The position numbers were made by a program, and so were the translations under genes. Positions 42,601 through 53,526 of a stretch of 64,000 bases of DNA are shown piece after piece. This DNA is from Takakia lepidozioides (Eukaryota > Plantae > Bryophyta), in NCBI GenBank assembly GCA_030704615.1, contig CM060731.1, positions 75,144,001 through 75,208,000 on the forward strand, written 5' to 3'. Position 1 is the stretch's first letter; each line of letters opens with the position of its first letter. The notes beneath the pieces were generated by a model. That model made no database searches and was not told the DNA's origin. It saw only the letters and a list, made by a program, of their open reading frames with translations.

Positions 42601-43677
42601 TGTGACCTTCCCCATCTGTTAGAGGCAAGGTCTACAGAAGTTGAGGATGCATCTTTGGCTGTTTTACCGCTTACTTGTGTGGACCCCGACTCGTCTGTAG
42701 ACCCACAACTGGCGTTAGACCAATCCGTTGATAGGGTGCTTCTTATGTTCGACTCCACCACTGACAAGGGAGACCCCACAGCAGACCATTCAGCAGACCT
42801 TGCCGAAACCCATGCACATGTTTCTGTCCCTTCTTATTCTCTGGATCCAGTCACTGTAGTCCAAGATGTACCTGCCACAGGAGTGGCGCAATTGCAGACA
42901 CCCACAGCGCCCACAAAGGTCTGATTCCATTGCATTTTTGCAGTCCAATTTTTTTTTCGGGTGCATTTGGGTGGTCATTGTTGATGTTTTGTGGCGTGAT
43001 ATTTGTGTGAAGGTTCTGGCGTCTGAGGTCTCAGCTCATGGTCCGTCGTAGGTGCTCAACATGGGGAAGGAGAATGGAATTGGAGGATTCAATTAAAGTC
43101 AGGAAACATGAATTATATCATGTGGAAGAAGTACGTGCTGATGCAGCACATAACATGACCAGAATTCAGATGAAGAGGAAGGATCAATTTGATGAAAGTA
43201 AATTGAAAACTTTTAAGATGGGTGATTTGGTTCTGTGGTTGCAGCAGAAGGGAAAGATTAAAGCTTCTAAGCTTAAGTCACCATGGAAAGGACCTTATGT
43301 CATACAGAAGATGTATGATAACAACACAGCCATGCTACAAACCATTAACAAAGAGATGCTTGGAAGAGTCAATGCCAATAAGTTGAAGGGATACAGTGGT
43401 ATCCATGATAAACCATTGCAGCATCAAGCACAAAGGGTGGACCAGTAGTGATAACCCCCACCGTAGGGGCCAGTTTGACCCATGGAGTGCAGGAAGCGTC
43501 TAGTACAGGACCACAAAGTGTTAATAAACCCCAGGACAAAATCTTGTTGCGAAGCTGAGCTAGCTAGCTCCTGGAGGGTATGAAGGAGACGACTGTTGCA
43601 TTGGAAAAGAAGTTGGAGGAACCTGCTTCACCAAATAGAGCGACGGTAGCTGGGAAGAAGCGCATACCAGATGGCGT
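36700..43677 (+). mobile_element. Unclassified degenerate TE-like region saturated with CAGACC/GGTCT motifs; it continues, inverted, at 50760-51366
   Basis: Dozens of CAGACC/GGTCTG/GGTCTA motifs, broken ORFs, and a C2H2-like CPFC..K..L.RH at ~38605-38660. No termini were identified. Confidence 0.45.
43060..43424 (+). mobile_element. Isolated Gypsy integrase C-terminal fragment, same family as 56967-64000
   Basis: RMELEDSIKVRKHELYHVEEVRA...KLKSPWKGPY...HDKPLQH is colinear with the reverse complement of ~62658-63022. Confidence 0.9.
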
Positions 43678-44832
43678 CACTACAACAGATGAGCGTTTTT
43701 ATGACTTCACATATGACTATTTTTTCAATCTTATATGCGTTCATGACTACATCACTCTGTAGTGAAAAAAACCATATCATAGCGACTAGTCTTTAGGACT
43801 GCGTTTTGCAAGTCATATCCATGACTGCTTGCGTGGCACCTGGAGTCCTGCTATAGAGAGGGTTGCAGTCACAACTATATGACTAATATATGACTACATT
43901 GTCTGTTGAGCGCTGCCTACATGGAGAGGCTTCAGCGGGACACGTGCGCCACTGCGCAAGCGACACGTCATGCATTCGTCAGGGGATCATATGACTATAT
44001 GTCTGCAAAGTGATGCCTACATGGAGAGGCGACGGATGGACACGTGCGCCACTGCGAATTTGACATGTCACGACTTCTTGCCATGATCATATGACTACAT
44101 GTCTGCACAGTGATGCCTACATGGAGAGGCGCTAGCGAGACACGTGTGCTATGGCAGATTTCACACGTGGTGATTACATGACTCGCTCATATGACTACAG
44201 GGATGTCTACATGGAGAGATATTAGCGGGACACCTGTTGCACTTGAGATGTGACATGTGGCACACAGACAAAATATTAGCATATATGACTACGGATCTTT
44301 ACACGTGGTGAAAATATGGATAAAGAATGTCGTGTCATATACTGCCACGTGTTCTAGTTTGAGCAAGAGTGATGCCACGTGTCATCAAGATTGTTTTCCG
44401 AAATAGTTTATATTTTTAATGTTCATATTCTAATTTTTAGTTTTTTAAAAGAACAAGGAGATTGCAGCCTTGGATTTTTTTTTAATGGTATTATTTTTAA
44501 TATTATTATTTAAAATGAAAATGAATTAAATGATTTAAAATCTTCATTACATGGTGAAATTCCAACATGAAAACAGAATGGATCCCTCCTGCATACTATC
44601 AACCACAAGGAGAATGAAAATAGTCAACTACAGGGCAATACAAGCCCTATAAATCACATTACAAAAATCCAAATGAGACCAATATCCCAATGGACACCTC
44701 AAAAGCCACAAGGTCAAAAAATCCATGCCTCAAAAGGCCCAGCCAAAAACAAGCAAGCCCACACATGGGCTGAATTGTTGTAGCTAGTATGTTCTAGAGT
44801 CAGTATTGCTCTGTTAAACAGTGCAATACTGA

Positions 44833-47800
44833 CTATCCCTTCCGCAGCTCCATAAGTTTCAGTAACTTTAGACTCCAAAGTGTTGTCTGGCCAACCACCT
44901 GCCCCAATTCGGTCTGTTTCCTAACACCATTCACATATGGTAGAGGGGTGTTACTGACACATGCCTCTTTGATGTACACACAGGCATAATCAAGGGGCAC
45001 AGCAGGGTACCCGTAACCCACCACAGCACCTTGAAGAGCAACAATCAGCCCTACTCCACATTTCTTGCGTTTGGAGTTCACACCCAACAGCCGAACCTCG
45101 TCACCCACCCTGAACTGTGATCCCAACTCCACACAAAAAAGAACACGATGTGAAAACCCATGACATACACACGACTAGGACACTCAACATTTGCGAGTTA
45201 AAGAGAGCCCCAAGGTTGGAAAAAATATAACAGACAAGACAACGGCCTGGACTTACTCCATTTGCAGTCTCCAGTGGTGGTGAGACCTCTTTTGGGGGGC
45301 TACTCGCCTGGTCGACACTCTTGCCCTCGTCTGTACTGGCTTGTCGACAATATCACCTTTGTTTGTCACAAGTTCCTGTGTCACAGACCAGAGATCAACC
45401 AAGAAAGCAATGAGCAAACATGAATAGTGAATAGAAACAAAATCCAAGTATGAATCAAACAAAAAAAACCAACATGAAAAGCTGCAAAGAAAACCTAGCA
45501 TTAATCAAGCAACCGAGGAGAAGCATCCAGGAAAGCAATGCAATGAATGAACCCACAAAAATGTAGCCTCTGGAGCACTGTCAGAATGTTTGTACCTTCA
45601 CAGTAGCAGTGTTGTATGGTTGTTGTCCGAAAACAGGCTGAGACTCCAAAAACTTGGGAATACTGGCAGCTTTCGATGCCTTCCACAAGAAAGGCCACAA
45701 CACCTCTGTTAGATACTCATCAGTTGATGAATCTGGTTGCACCTTCCATGGCTCTGGAAAAATCCCACTGAAGGGAGGATTGTTTGCCGCCTTTCTTGGT
45801 GTGTCGTCAACAAGAACAGTGTCCTCATAAGTCCATTCTGGCCAGTCTGCCCACACTGTAGACAAGTTCTTGAAATATAATGGCTTTGAATCAGACCCCT
45901 TACGGCATGGGAGGACTGGATCCTCGTCACAGTGAAGGGCATCCCACTGGAAAACCAGGTTAGTGTGGGCTGCAAAAATATAGTCCACCATTGGGAAGAA
46001 GTTGCGAGCTTGGCAACAAGACCACCTCAAAGTGTTCAAAACACTTTTGCAAAAAGTCATAACAGTGTGGTCTCAAAACTACCATCTTCTTGCCACACAT
46101 CTTCCCCACAAAACCTTTGGGAAGGGATGCAGGCCCATTAGCAGAATGAAAAGATTCACATAACAGACCATTTAAGTCCAGAATTAGTAAATGCTTCCTC
46201 GTTGGTCCAGGAAGTAAACTGACATTTGGCTTCAACATGTGAGCAGGAGAAATTAAAGCAACCTGCTTGTTTGTTTTGTCCCCGTCTGCATCTTCCTCCC
46301 CATCTAAACTCCCACATACCTGCATACCAGAATCCGGTGTGCCCGACGGCTCTGTCACCATTGCCCCCTGGACTGCTACTGCCTTTGTACGTGGCAAGGG
46401 CTGAATTTTCACGTGTACCTCACAGCTGGCCTTCCCTGTATCCTGCTGCTGCTCGGTCAAATTCAAAAGATCATCAGTGACAGGAAGACATAAGGGCTTA
46501 GAGTGAGCACCAGTTACCGTCTGAAATTGGGATTCCAAACATTTTGATACTGTCACAGCAGACGTATCCATCGTAGATGTCACTGGTCCTGCGCCTGGTA
46601 GATTAATCCCCAATCTGGTCACAATGGCTTTCTGGTACTCAATCATACTCTGCATCTGTAATTTTAATTCTGCCATGTCACGTCCTTGTGATTCCACCAG
46701 TTTGTCCAAGCCATCCATCCTGCCAACTACCAAAAAAACCTAGCATGAACAACCATTGGAAAGAAAACCCAGGCCAAAAGCCGTGATAAAAACCCTAGCA
46801 ACCTATGATGCAGCAACCACTCTAGCAAACGTGGAAAACACACTTACCCGCCTGTCACTCCCAGCTGACAACCGTGACACTGAACCCTCTTGAATTTTAT
46901 ATAATGTAGGAGGGCACCCTGATAGTGTTTCCTACAAATTAATCCATGCCACAAACAAACCCATGCCACAAGTCAGTAAGCAATGTGAGGGCTGACTATA
47001 TACACATAGCAATTCAATGAGGAACAAAATACAGAGTCGTGATGATGCCACTTACCAAGCGTGCTTCCACCATTGCCTTCCCACCACGGCCAGTCTTGGT
47101 AGGATTCAGAATTGCACCATTTGTATTCTTCATGTTGCCCGACACTTTGTGGAACACCTCTGTCTGCCAGTAACTTACAAGCTTGTTCCAAACCTCGTCA
47201 GATATAGTAATGGGTTTCCCCTTACCACCCAATCACGCAGTGTGTGCTTCATAACGCTGGCTCTTCATTATTCTGCCAATTGTTTGTTTATGGTGGAAGT
47301 ATTTTAACTCGTGCGGCGTATATGAAAATAGCTTAGCCAGGTGATCTCTGATTTCGTATACAACTTCATCAGGTTGGTTGTTGATGGCAAGGGAACAATC
47401 TAGCTTGCGATAAGCCTGTCCTTTAAGGGCAGCGTGCCATACATTCCGGGTCTGACCATACGGGGCTCCTTTGAGGTTCGTCAAAATCACCGTGGGAGGA
47501 AGACCTGCAGCTATTCTCTCTTCCTTGACCTTGGCAGCTTCAATTTTGGCTGAGCTATTAGCCCTCCTTAAAGCATTGGTTCTATCATTCTTTGAAACGG
47601 CACCCTCCCCTCCTTCAGAGACCTCCGTGTGCTCAGGAGAATTCAAAGCAGGATCCTGCCAAGTAGGGACTGGTGGCCATGGTTGTTGGCCAGAAGGCCG
47701 AGGACCATACTGGCCATACTGTCCATAAGCAGGAGGATATTCCGGTGGCCTGCCACCCCCATAGCTATTAGGGGGTGGCAAATATGGTTGAGGAGGATAC

Positions 47801-48900
47801 TGGCCATAGTGCCCATATGGAGGAGCACCATATTGACCCTGACCATACTGAGTGCCAGACTGTGGGTACTGAGGCATACCATAATAAGGTGGGGGTACTG
47901 GTGGCACAAAACCCACAACGTTGGGAGAGTTAGGGCCACCTCCTGCGTTCTTGTGGGCGCCATCTCCATTGCTAGCAGCAGGGATCGTGGATCCAGTGCG
48001 CTTGTGCTTGCCCTGAAAAGAAATTCCCCCAGTACAATGTGGGTGATTATACATACATATAGGCAGCAAGCAGCAAATCCTTGAATTCAGGCAAAACAAA
48101 CTGGAAGCACATATCATTTGTAAGGACAAGATTACCCAAAACTCAGTATGATCTTGGGCAGTAAATCTCCCAAATTTGATTGGCCCCAATGATGTCCTCC
48201 CAATACATTTTTGAGCCCTCTTAGGTATGGGGTGTTCCTGAAACCCATAGCAAGAATTCAAATGGACAAACCTGATGGGTCCATGAGAAGTATCCCTCCA
48301 AGTTTTACTGATATTCTGGGTGCATAAGTAACCCAAGTATCTCTATAAGTAGCCATTGTAGCTTAGTACCAGGACGTTGGTTTCATGGGGCAAAGAATTT
48401 GAACACACCTGAAGTCTACATTGGCCTGACATCATGCCTTTGGCACTTCAACTTGTCTAGTGGAAATCATTTGTGATTGTGCCTTAGCTGACCCCTGCAT
48501 TGTCCAACTTCCCTGTCTTGACAGACATACCCTATCTCTTCGTGATTTTACCAAAAACATACATAATTAGAATCATGGTCATTGTGAAGAACTATAACTC
48601 ACAGACGGAGAAGGTGTTCGTAGTGTAGATGATGGGCGTTTTTGTCCTGCGACATGAGCATGGGCATGTTCTCCTCGGCTTGTCGTGGCATCCGCCGACG
48701 ACGCACTCGCCTCGCACTGGCGTGGGAGGAGTGGATCGTCCTCATCGTCCTCAGAAGAGCCCTCATGCAGAATCGTAGTCTTCATCGTCTTCAGTCTGGC
48801 ACTTTGCCTTGCAGAACCTTGATCCCTACCTTTTTCCTTCGGAGTGCGTGGCTTGCGAGGGCGATTCGCTCCCGCAAGCCTGCACAAACACCTCCATGAC
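44833..48900 (-). pseudogene. CACTA accessory (TnpA-like) multi-exon gene with an FCP1/NIF HAD-phosphatase-like domain; premature stop at 47233-47235 and a frameshift at ~46025
   Basis: Ptta/En-Spm-like WNKLVSYW...NPTKTGRGG; LLILDLNGLLC, LRPHCYDFL..CFEHFEV, FKNL..VW, TVLVDDTPRKA.NNP; C-terminal VRLL...V.I..A..SNTPLPY...LG..VG.T.LW resembling the Tnp1/En-Spm C-terminal domain. Confidence 0.7.
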
Positions 48901-49458
48901 CTCCCTCTCAAACAATCACAAACAAATGTAAGCATACATACCCTAATACTCTTAAGCCTACGCTGAACCACAGCCACACCCTACCAGGACGTAATGCCTG
49001 CCCACGAATGACGGCGGACATCTCCCGCCTAATGACACACCGTCCTCAAACCTAATCGTCACTCACTGCATGTTGTTTGCCTCTCTGTTTGTACAAGTCG
49101 CAGCTACTCGCCCATATTTGTGCTATGAAGCTTATGATCGATGTAGGAAGGTTAGAGGATAAGGCAAATCGCAAGTTTAGTGGGTGGGTATCCAAAGTCA
49201 GGAACTAAACTCACCCATCTATCGACTGCTTGAACGTTGCTTCCACCTCCTTTATGGCAGCAATCCGGCGTTCTCGGAACTTCTCGTACTCAGTGAGAGG
49301 GACTGTCACTTTGAAGACCTTCCGCTTCACCATGGACACTCAGAAACGATACTTATAGTATACTATAGATATAGAAATAGCACATTGGCAGCTGGTGCAA
49401 AACTAGAGACAATGCACTGTGCGTAGCATGCAAAGAGGGAAGGGGTGACGTTCAAAGC

Positions 49459-49671
49459 ATGTACAGTGCAGGTGGCGAACGGATGCGTAGGCGTAGAATA
49501 GATGACCGTCTATGGCGATTGGAAGAAGCTTATGCCACAAGGAATGGGCATACAAAAATGTTATGCAACTACGATGAGTGTCATGGAGGAAAAGTACTCT
49601 TGTTGGAAACAGTGAGGAATCATTACATGATACACGGGAGGGATCCTCTTCTCCAACGCTGTTCTCTTCCG
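49459..49671 (+). pseudogene. CACTA transposase (TnpD) exon 1, transposase-associated domain
   Basis: LC..DEC.GG..LL.ETVRNHYMIHGRDP followed by a phase-0 GTAAG donor at 49672. Confidence 0.7.
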
Positions 49672-49987
49672 GTAAGATCGTCACTTTCCCTTCAGCACTT
49701 TAGTTTAGATTTTGAATGCAACGATCCTCTTCTCCACATGTCGACATTTCGTTGGGTGATTGTAGTCAAGAAGTCATAAGATACAGACGTGAGTATACGC
49801 CACTTCCGTTATCACTTTAATTAATGCACATGTCGTGTTTTCATTGGTCATGTGTAGTCATGTAGTCATATATGACTAAGTAAATGACTGCAACTATGAC
49901 TTCAATGGTTACAAATGTCGTGTTTTGATTGGGTGTATATTCATAAGATACATACGTAAATATAACTGCATCACTGCAACGTCACCG

Positions 49988-50759
49988 TGTTAGAGGACTG
50001 TCTGGGACTTAGACACTTATACGGGATCTGTGGGGTACCCTTAATTTTTGCACAAACTGAGACCAACAGGAGCCTTAGGGTTGATAGCAGCGCACTTTAG
50101 GAGGGGTTACACAGCCCGTCACAGTCCGGCACAGCCCATCACAGTCAACACAGCCTGTCACAGTCCGACACAGCCGACACAGCCAGACACAGTCAACACA
50201 GCTCGTCACAGCCCGACACAGCCCATCACAGCCAACACAGCCCGTCACAGCTTGACACAGCTGTCACAACCATAGGGAACGGATAGCAGGACAGGGAACG
50301 ACTGTGGGGAACAACACCTGCAAATAGAACATGTTAGTTCACGGACGACGGTTAGCGAGGGAAACGGTTAGAACAACGGGTAGGAAGATAAAGCTAGGAG
50401 CAAGGACTAGAAAATGATCGATTCTTGGATCACTTCTTGGGGGGGAATCACTGCTGGAAGGAGTGGGAGGATCACTTCTTGGGGGAACTTTGGACATCAC
50501 TGGGGAAAAGGAGGCAGAAAGCGTATCTCTGAGCAGAAAGAGGGAGAGCACGGAGTAGGTGGAGGATCTGTTGATGCTTAATGAATGCAGGCAGTAGAAT
50601 TGTAATGTAGAGCAGATTAGAGACTCCATGGCTTCAGCCTGATACTTGATAGATATTAATCTGATACACACTTCATACTCACACTGTGTAGAGAGATCTG
50701 AGTGAAGCTGTGGAATGAATGGATGAGTTGATGGAATCCAATAGATTACTGAAGCAAAC
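49988..50759 (+). repeat. Gypsy LTR lacking its last ~200 bp; inverted relative to 56967-57967
   Basis: Starts TGTTAGAGGACTG and is near-identical to the reverse complement of 57170-57967. Preceded by CACCG. Confidence 0.92.
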
Positions 50760-52138
50760 ATCATTATATGTCTTGACATCGAGATCCTTCTAATAAAACC
50801 TACACCACAACTCAAGCAATTGGTCTGTAGCCTCGGATTCCTGTTTCTCTAGGGCTTTCAGGTCCTCGGTGGCAATACTGCACTCAAACTGTGGGTCGTT
50901 TTAAAAAAAATATAGCATTGCTTTTCCCTCAGAGATATGTGCGTTGAAAGTGGAGCCAAATCGGGCAGTGAACCTGCACAAACTCGGAAAAAACCTTTAA
51001 GAAGATAGACCACGACAGAACCGGGCTGGCAGACCCAGAAGGACCACACCCAAAAGGACCAGACCTACAACGGATACTGTACCTGACCCAACGAACAGAC
51101 CAATGGAGTAGGCCAATGGAGCGGATGAACGGCAGTCACATCAGACCCAGCAGACCCATACAAACTTTTTACTGCAGACCCATGGAGTTGGTGTGTTCAG
51201 AGCATCACAGGCAGACCAACGAGACTTACTTGTGTTTGTTACTGAGCTCTGCAACTTCGCTCTCCACTTCGAAGCAGACCTTCCGGTCAGCACTCATGTG
51301 TACTCCGGACTTGGGTTTTCTTTAGCGCCTTTTTTGGGGGGAATTGTTTATAGCCTCGGGTCTGCCACGCAATTCAAGAGATGAGCGTTTTTAGAACTAC
51401 AGGTTTGGCGGAGTCATAAAAACTGCACTAGGTACATGACTACAGAGCGCTGAAATGCATTACAGTTTTAGTTTTATGACTTTGTAGTAATGGATATCAC
51501 TACATGACTCCGGAAAGTTAGGGAGCATTGGTCAAACATTGTTGACCATGATGACAGGGATGGTTTATATGACTAGTGTGATATGTTTGACTACACGTGG
51601 ACGACGTTTCATGGAGTCTTATGACTCCATGACTATAGATGGTTTCAGAGCTCTATTTATACGACTACATCACTACACGTGTCATTTTGAAGGCACATAT
51701 AATGCAAATAAGGTTGCCCATTAGGTTTAAAAAAGTTAAAAAATTTGCTAATAAGGTTGCCCATTAGTGTAATCGTGAACAGAAAGGAGGGCTGGGACTT
51801 GGCGTCTTTTTGTCTCCTGCGCCACACCACATAGCTGAGGGATGGAACGCGATGATAGCAGGATATGTAGGGGCGTGGGATGGAGGCGTTGAGCAAATGA
51901 TGCACGAAGGAGAAGAGGAGGAGGAGACGAGACGAGGACAAGCGAGCTCGCCGTTCTTGGGAGAGTCAGCTTGGTCTTAGCAAGCGTGTTTCAATCTCTG
52001 ACTACTCATCTACGCCGTAGTGGTTCGATCTGACAGACCAATCCAACATTACCTGACTACAGACACAAGCAGCACACACAAGAGGTCATCGGTCAAATCC
52101 TCCATGGGTCAGGACAGGTCAAGGACAATGTGGTAGGG

Positions 52139-52657
52139 CACCTTCTTCTTCAACCTATTTCAGCCTGTGTTGCCCTCTCATCAGACTTGGCCGCAAGATG
52201 CATATTGAATTCTGTAAGTTAGGTCGTTGGGTACATCTGTGGTGGTTTGGAGTGACTTTGGCAAGTTACTGCCAGTGTGGCAGCAGGGAAGTATCCAAAA
52301 ACATATAATAGAGGTGAGGAGAAGCTTTGGGGTGAACACTTTCCGACCCCAATGGTGGGACAATGGAGACAAAAAGGCGAATGCCTGTTGGACTACAGAG
52401 AGAAGCAGATGCATTTCAGATTGTGATAAGTAGGGTTGGGGTGTTTTGGGGAAGAACTCCACACCAGTATGGTTGGGGTGTTTGCTGGTACAATTGTAGG
52501 CTGTCAGAGGCATGGATAGCTGAAGGAGCAGGGATAGAGTGTGGGTCCACATTCATCCAAGAGGGCTGGATTTCAAGCTCCACATTACCTATGATTCCCT
52601 GTGGAAGGATAGGTACAAGAAACCTACATGGGTAGATGGTCAACTGGAAGCGGCATG
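52139..52657 (+). pseudogene. Captured OSB-type PDF exon-intron-exon module inside the CACTA element
   Basis: Colinear with 5000-5860: GKYPKT..RGEEKLW..QWWDNGDKK, the same intron sequence, then IHPRGLDFKLHITYDSLW..KKPTWVDGQL. Confidence 0.75.
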
Positions 52658-52787
52658 CTGTACTATATGTCATTACTGTACTATATGTCATTCCAGAGAC
52701 TGTCATTGTTGGTCCATGTGTCTTACAACAATGCTATCAATATAAGACTCCTGGTTCACATTGGAAGCTCAATCCCTGCAAGTTCAT

Positions 52788-53133
52788 TGTGTGTGAAGCT
52801 CAAACTTGCGATTTGAAGGATCTTGTAGCCAAGTTCATTCAACCGGAAAGGAGAAATTCTGAAAGCTCCCAAATTTGATGTGGGCAAGCTTATGGAGGTA
52901 TGACTTAGCTTCCCTCCTCTAATGTAAGTGTTGGATAAGTTTCATTTAGTGTCGACCTTCACTGCATATATTGGCTCTTTTCTTGGCTGGTTCGCATTGG
53001 AAACTCTATCCCCGTAAGTGGCTTGTGCGTGATGCTCAAACTTGTGATTTGAAGGATCTTATACCCCAGTTCATTGCAGAGGTCATTGGAAAAGACATTG
53101 AGAAGGCAACAGCCGTCATCTATAATCTACAGA
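52788..53133 (+). pseudogene. RPS3A: Two captured fragments of 40S ribosomal protein S3a (eS1)
   Basis: EAQTCDLKDLVAKFI.../KILKAPKFDVGKLME|gt (52788-52897) and DAQTCDLKDLIPQFIAEVIGKDIEKATAVIYNLQ (53024-53133). Confidence 0.8.
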
Positions 53134-53526
53134 TCCCCTTCAATTTGATGTGGGAAAGTCGGCTGGCTGGAGGTCTAGTCTCACTTTCACTCATCTAATG
53201 TCAGTGTTGTATCCATTGCAATGTGGAGATGTTTGAAACAACATTGGAGCATTTCCAGAGGATGGTCTGGATGGCCTTTCATGGCGTGTGCCGAATCCAT
53301 GGCAAGAAAACATTGTAGGCAAAACCCATGGCAATGGTACCAGCACGGGTTGGTCCAAAGCCAATTGCAACAACAAATGAATAAAGGGTGCTGAAAGGAA
53401 AGCACTCCATAATTGATCATAAAATCCAGTGTCCAAGCATGATATCTTAATGGGAATGCGAAGGGAGTGTTACCACCTTAAACTATCATGCATGGTCTAT
53501 AACTGGAGTGCACAAATCGCGCATAT

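Larger units (their letters stand above)
43678..49987 (+). mobile_element. CACTA (En/Spm) element, left half
   Basis: TSD CGT, then TIR CACTACAACAGATGAGCGTTTTT. Subterminal ATGACTAC motifs and ~100-bp tandem units at 43890-44300. Contains the accessory gene and transposase exon 1. Confidence 0.88.

Noticed and set aside
52003-52022. ...CCGTAGTG as the right CACTA terminus
   Set aside because: Weak TIR match and a GTT flank that does not match CGT; 51370 fits both the TIR and the TSD.
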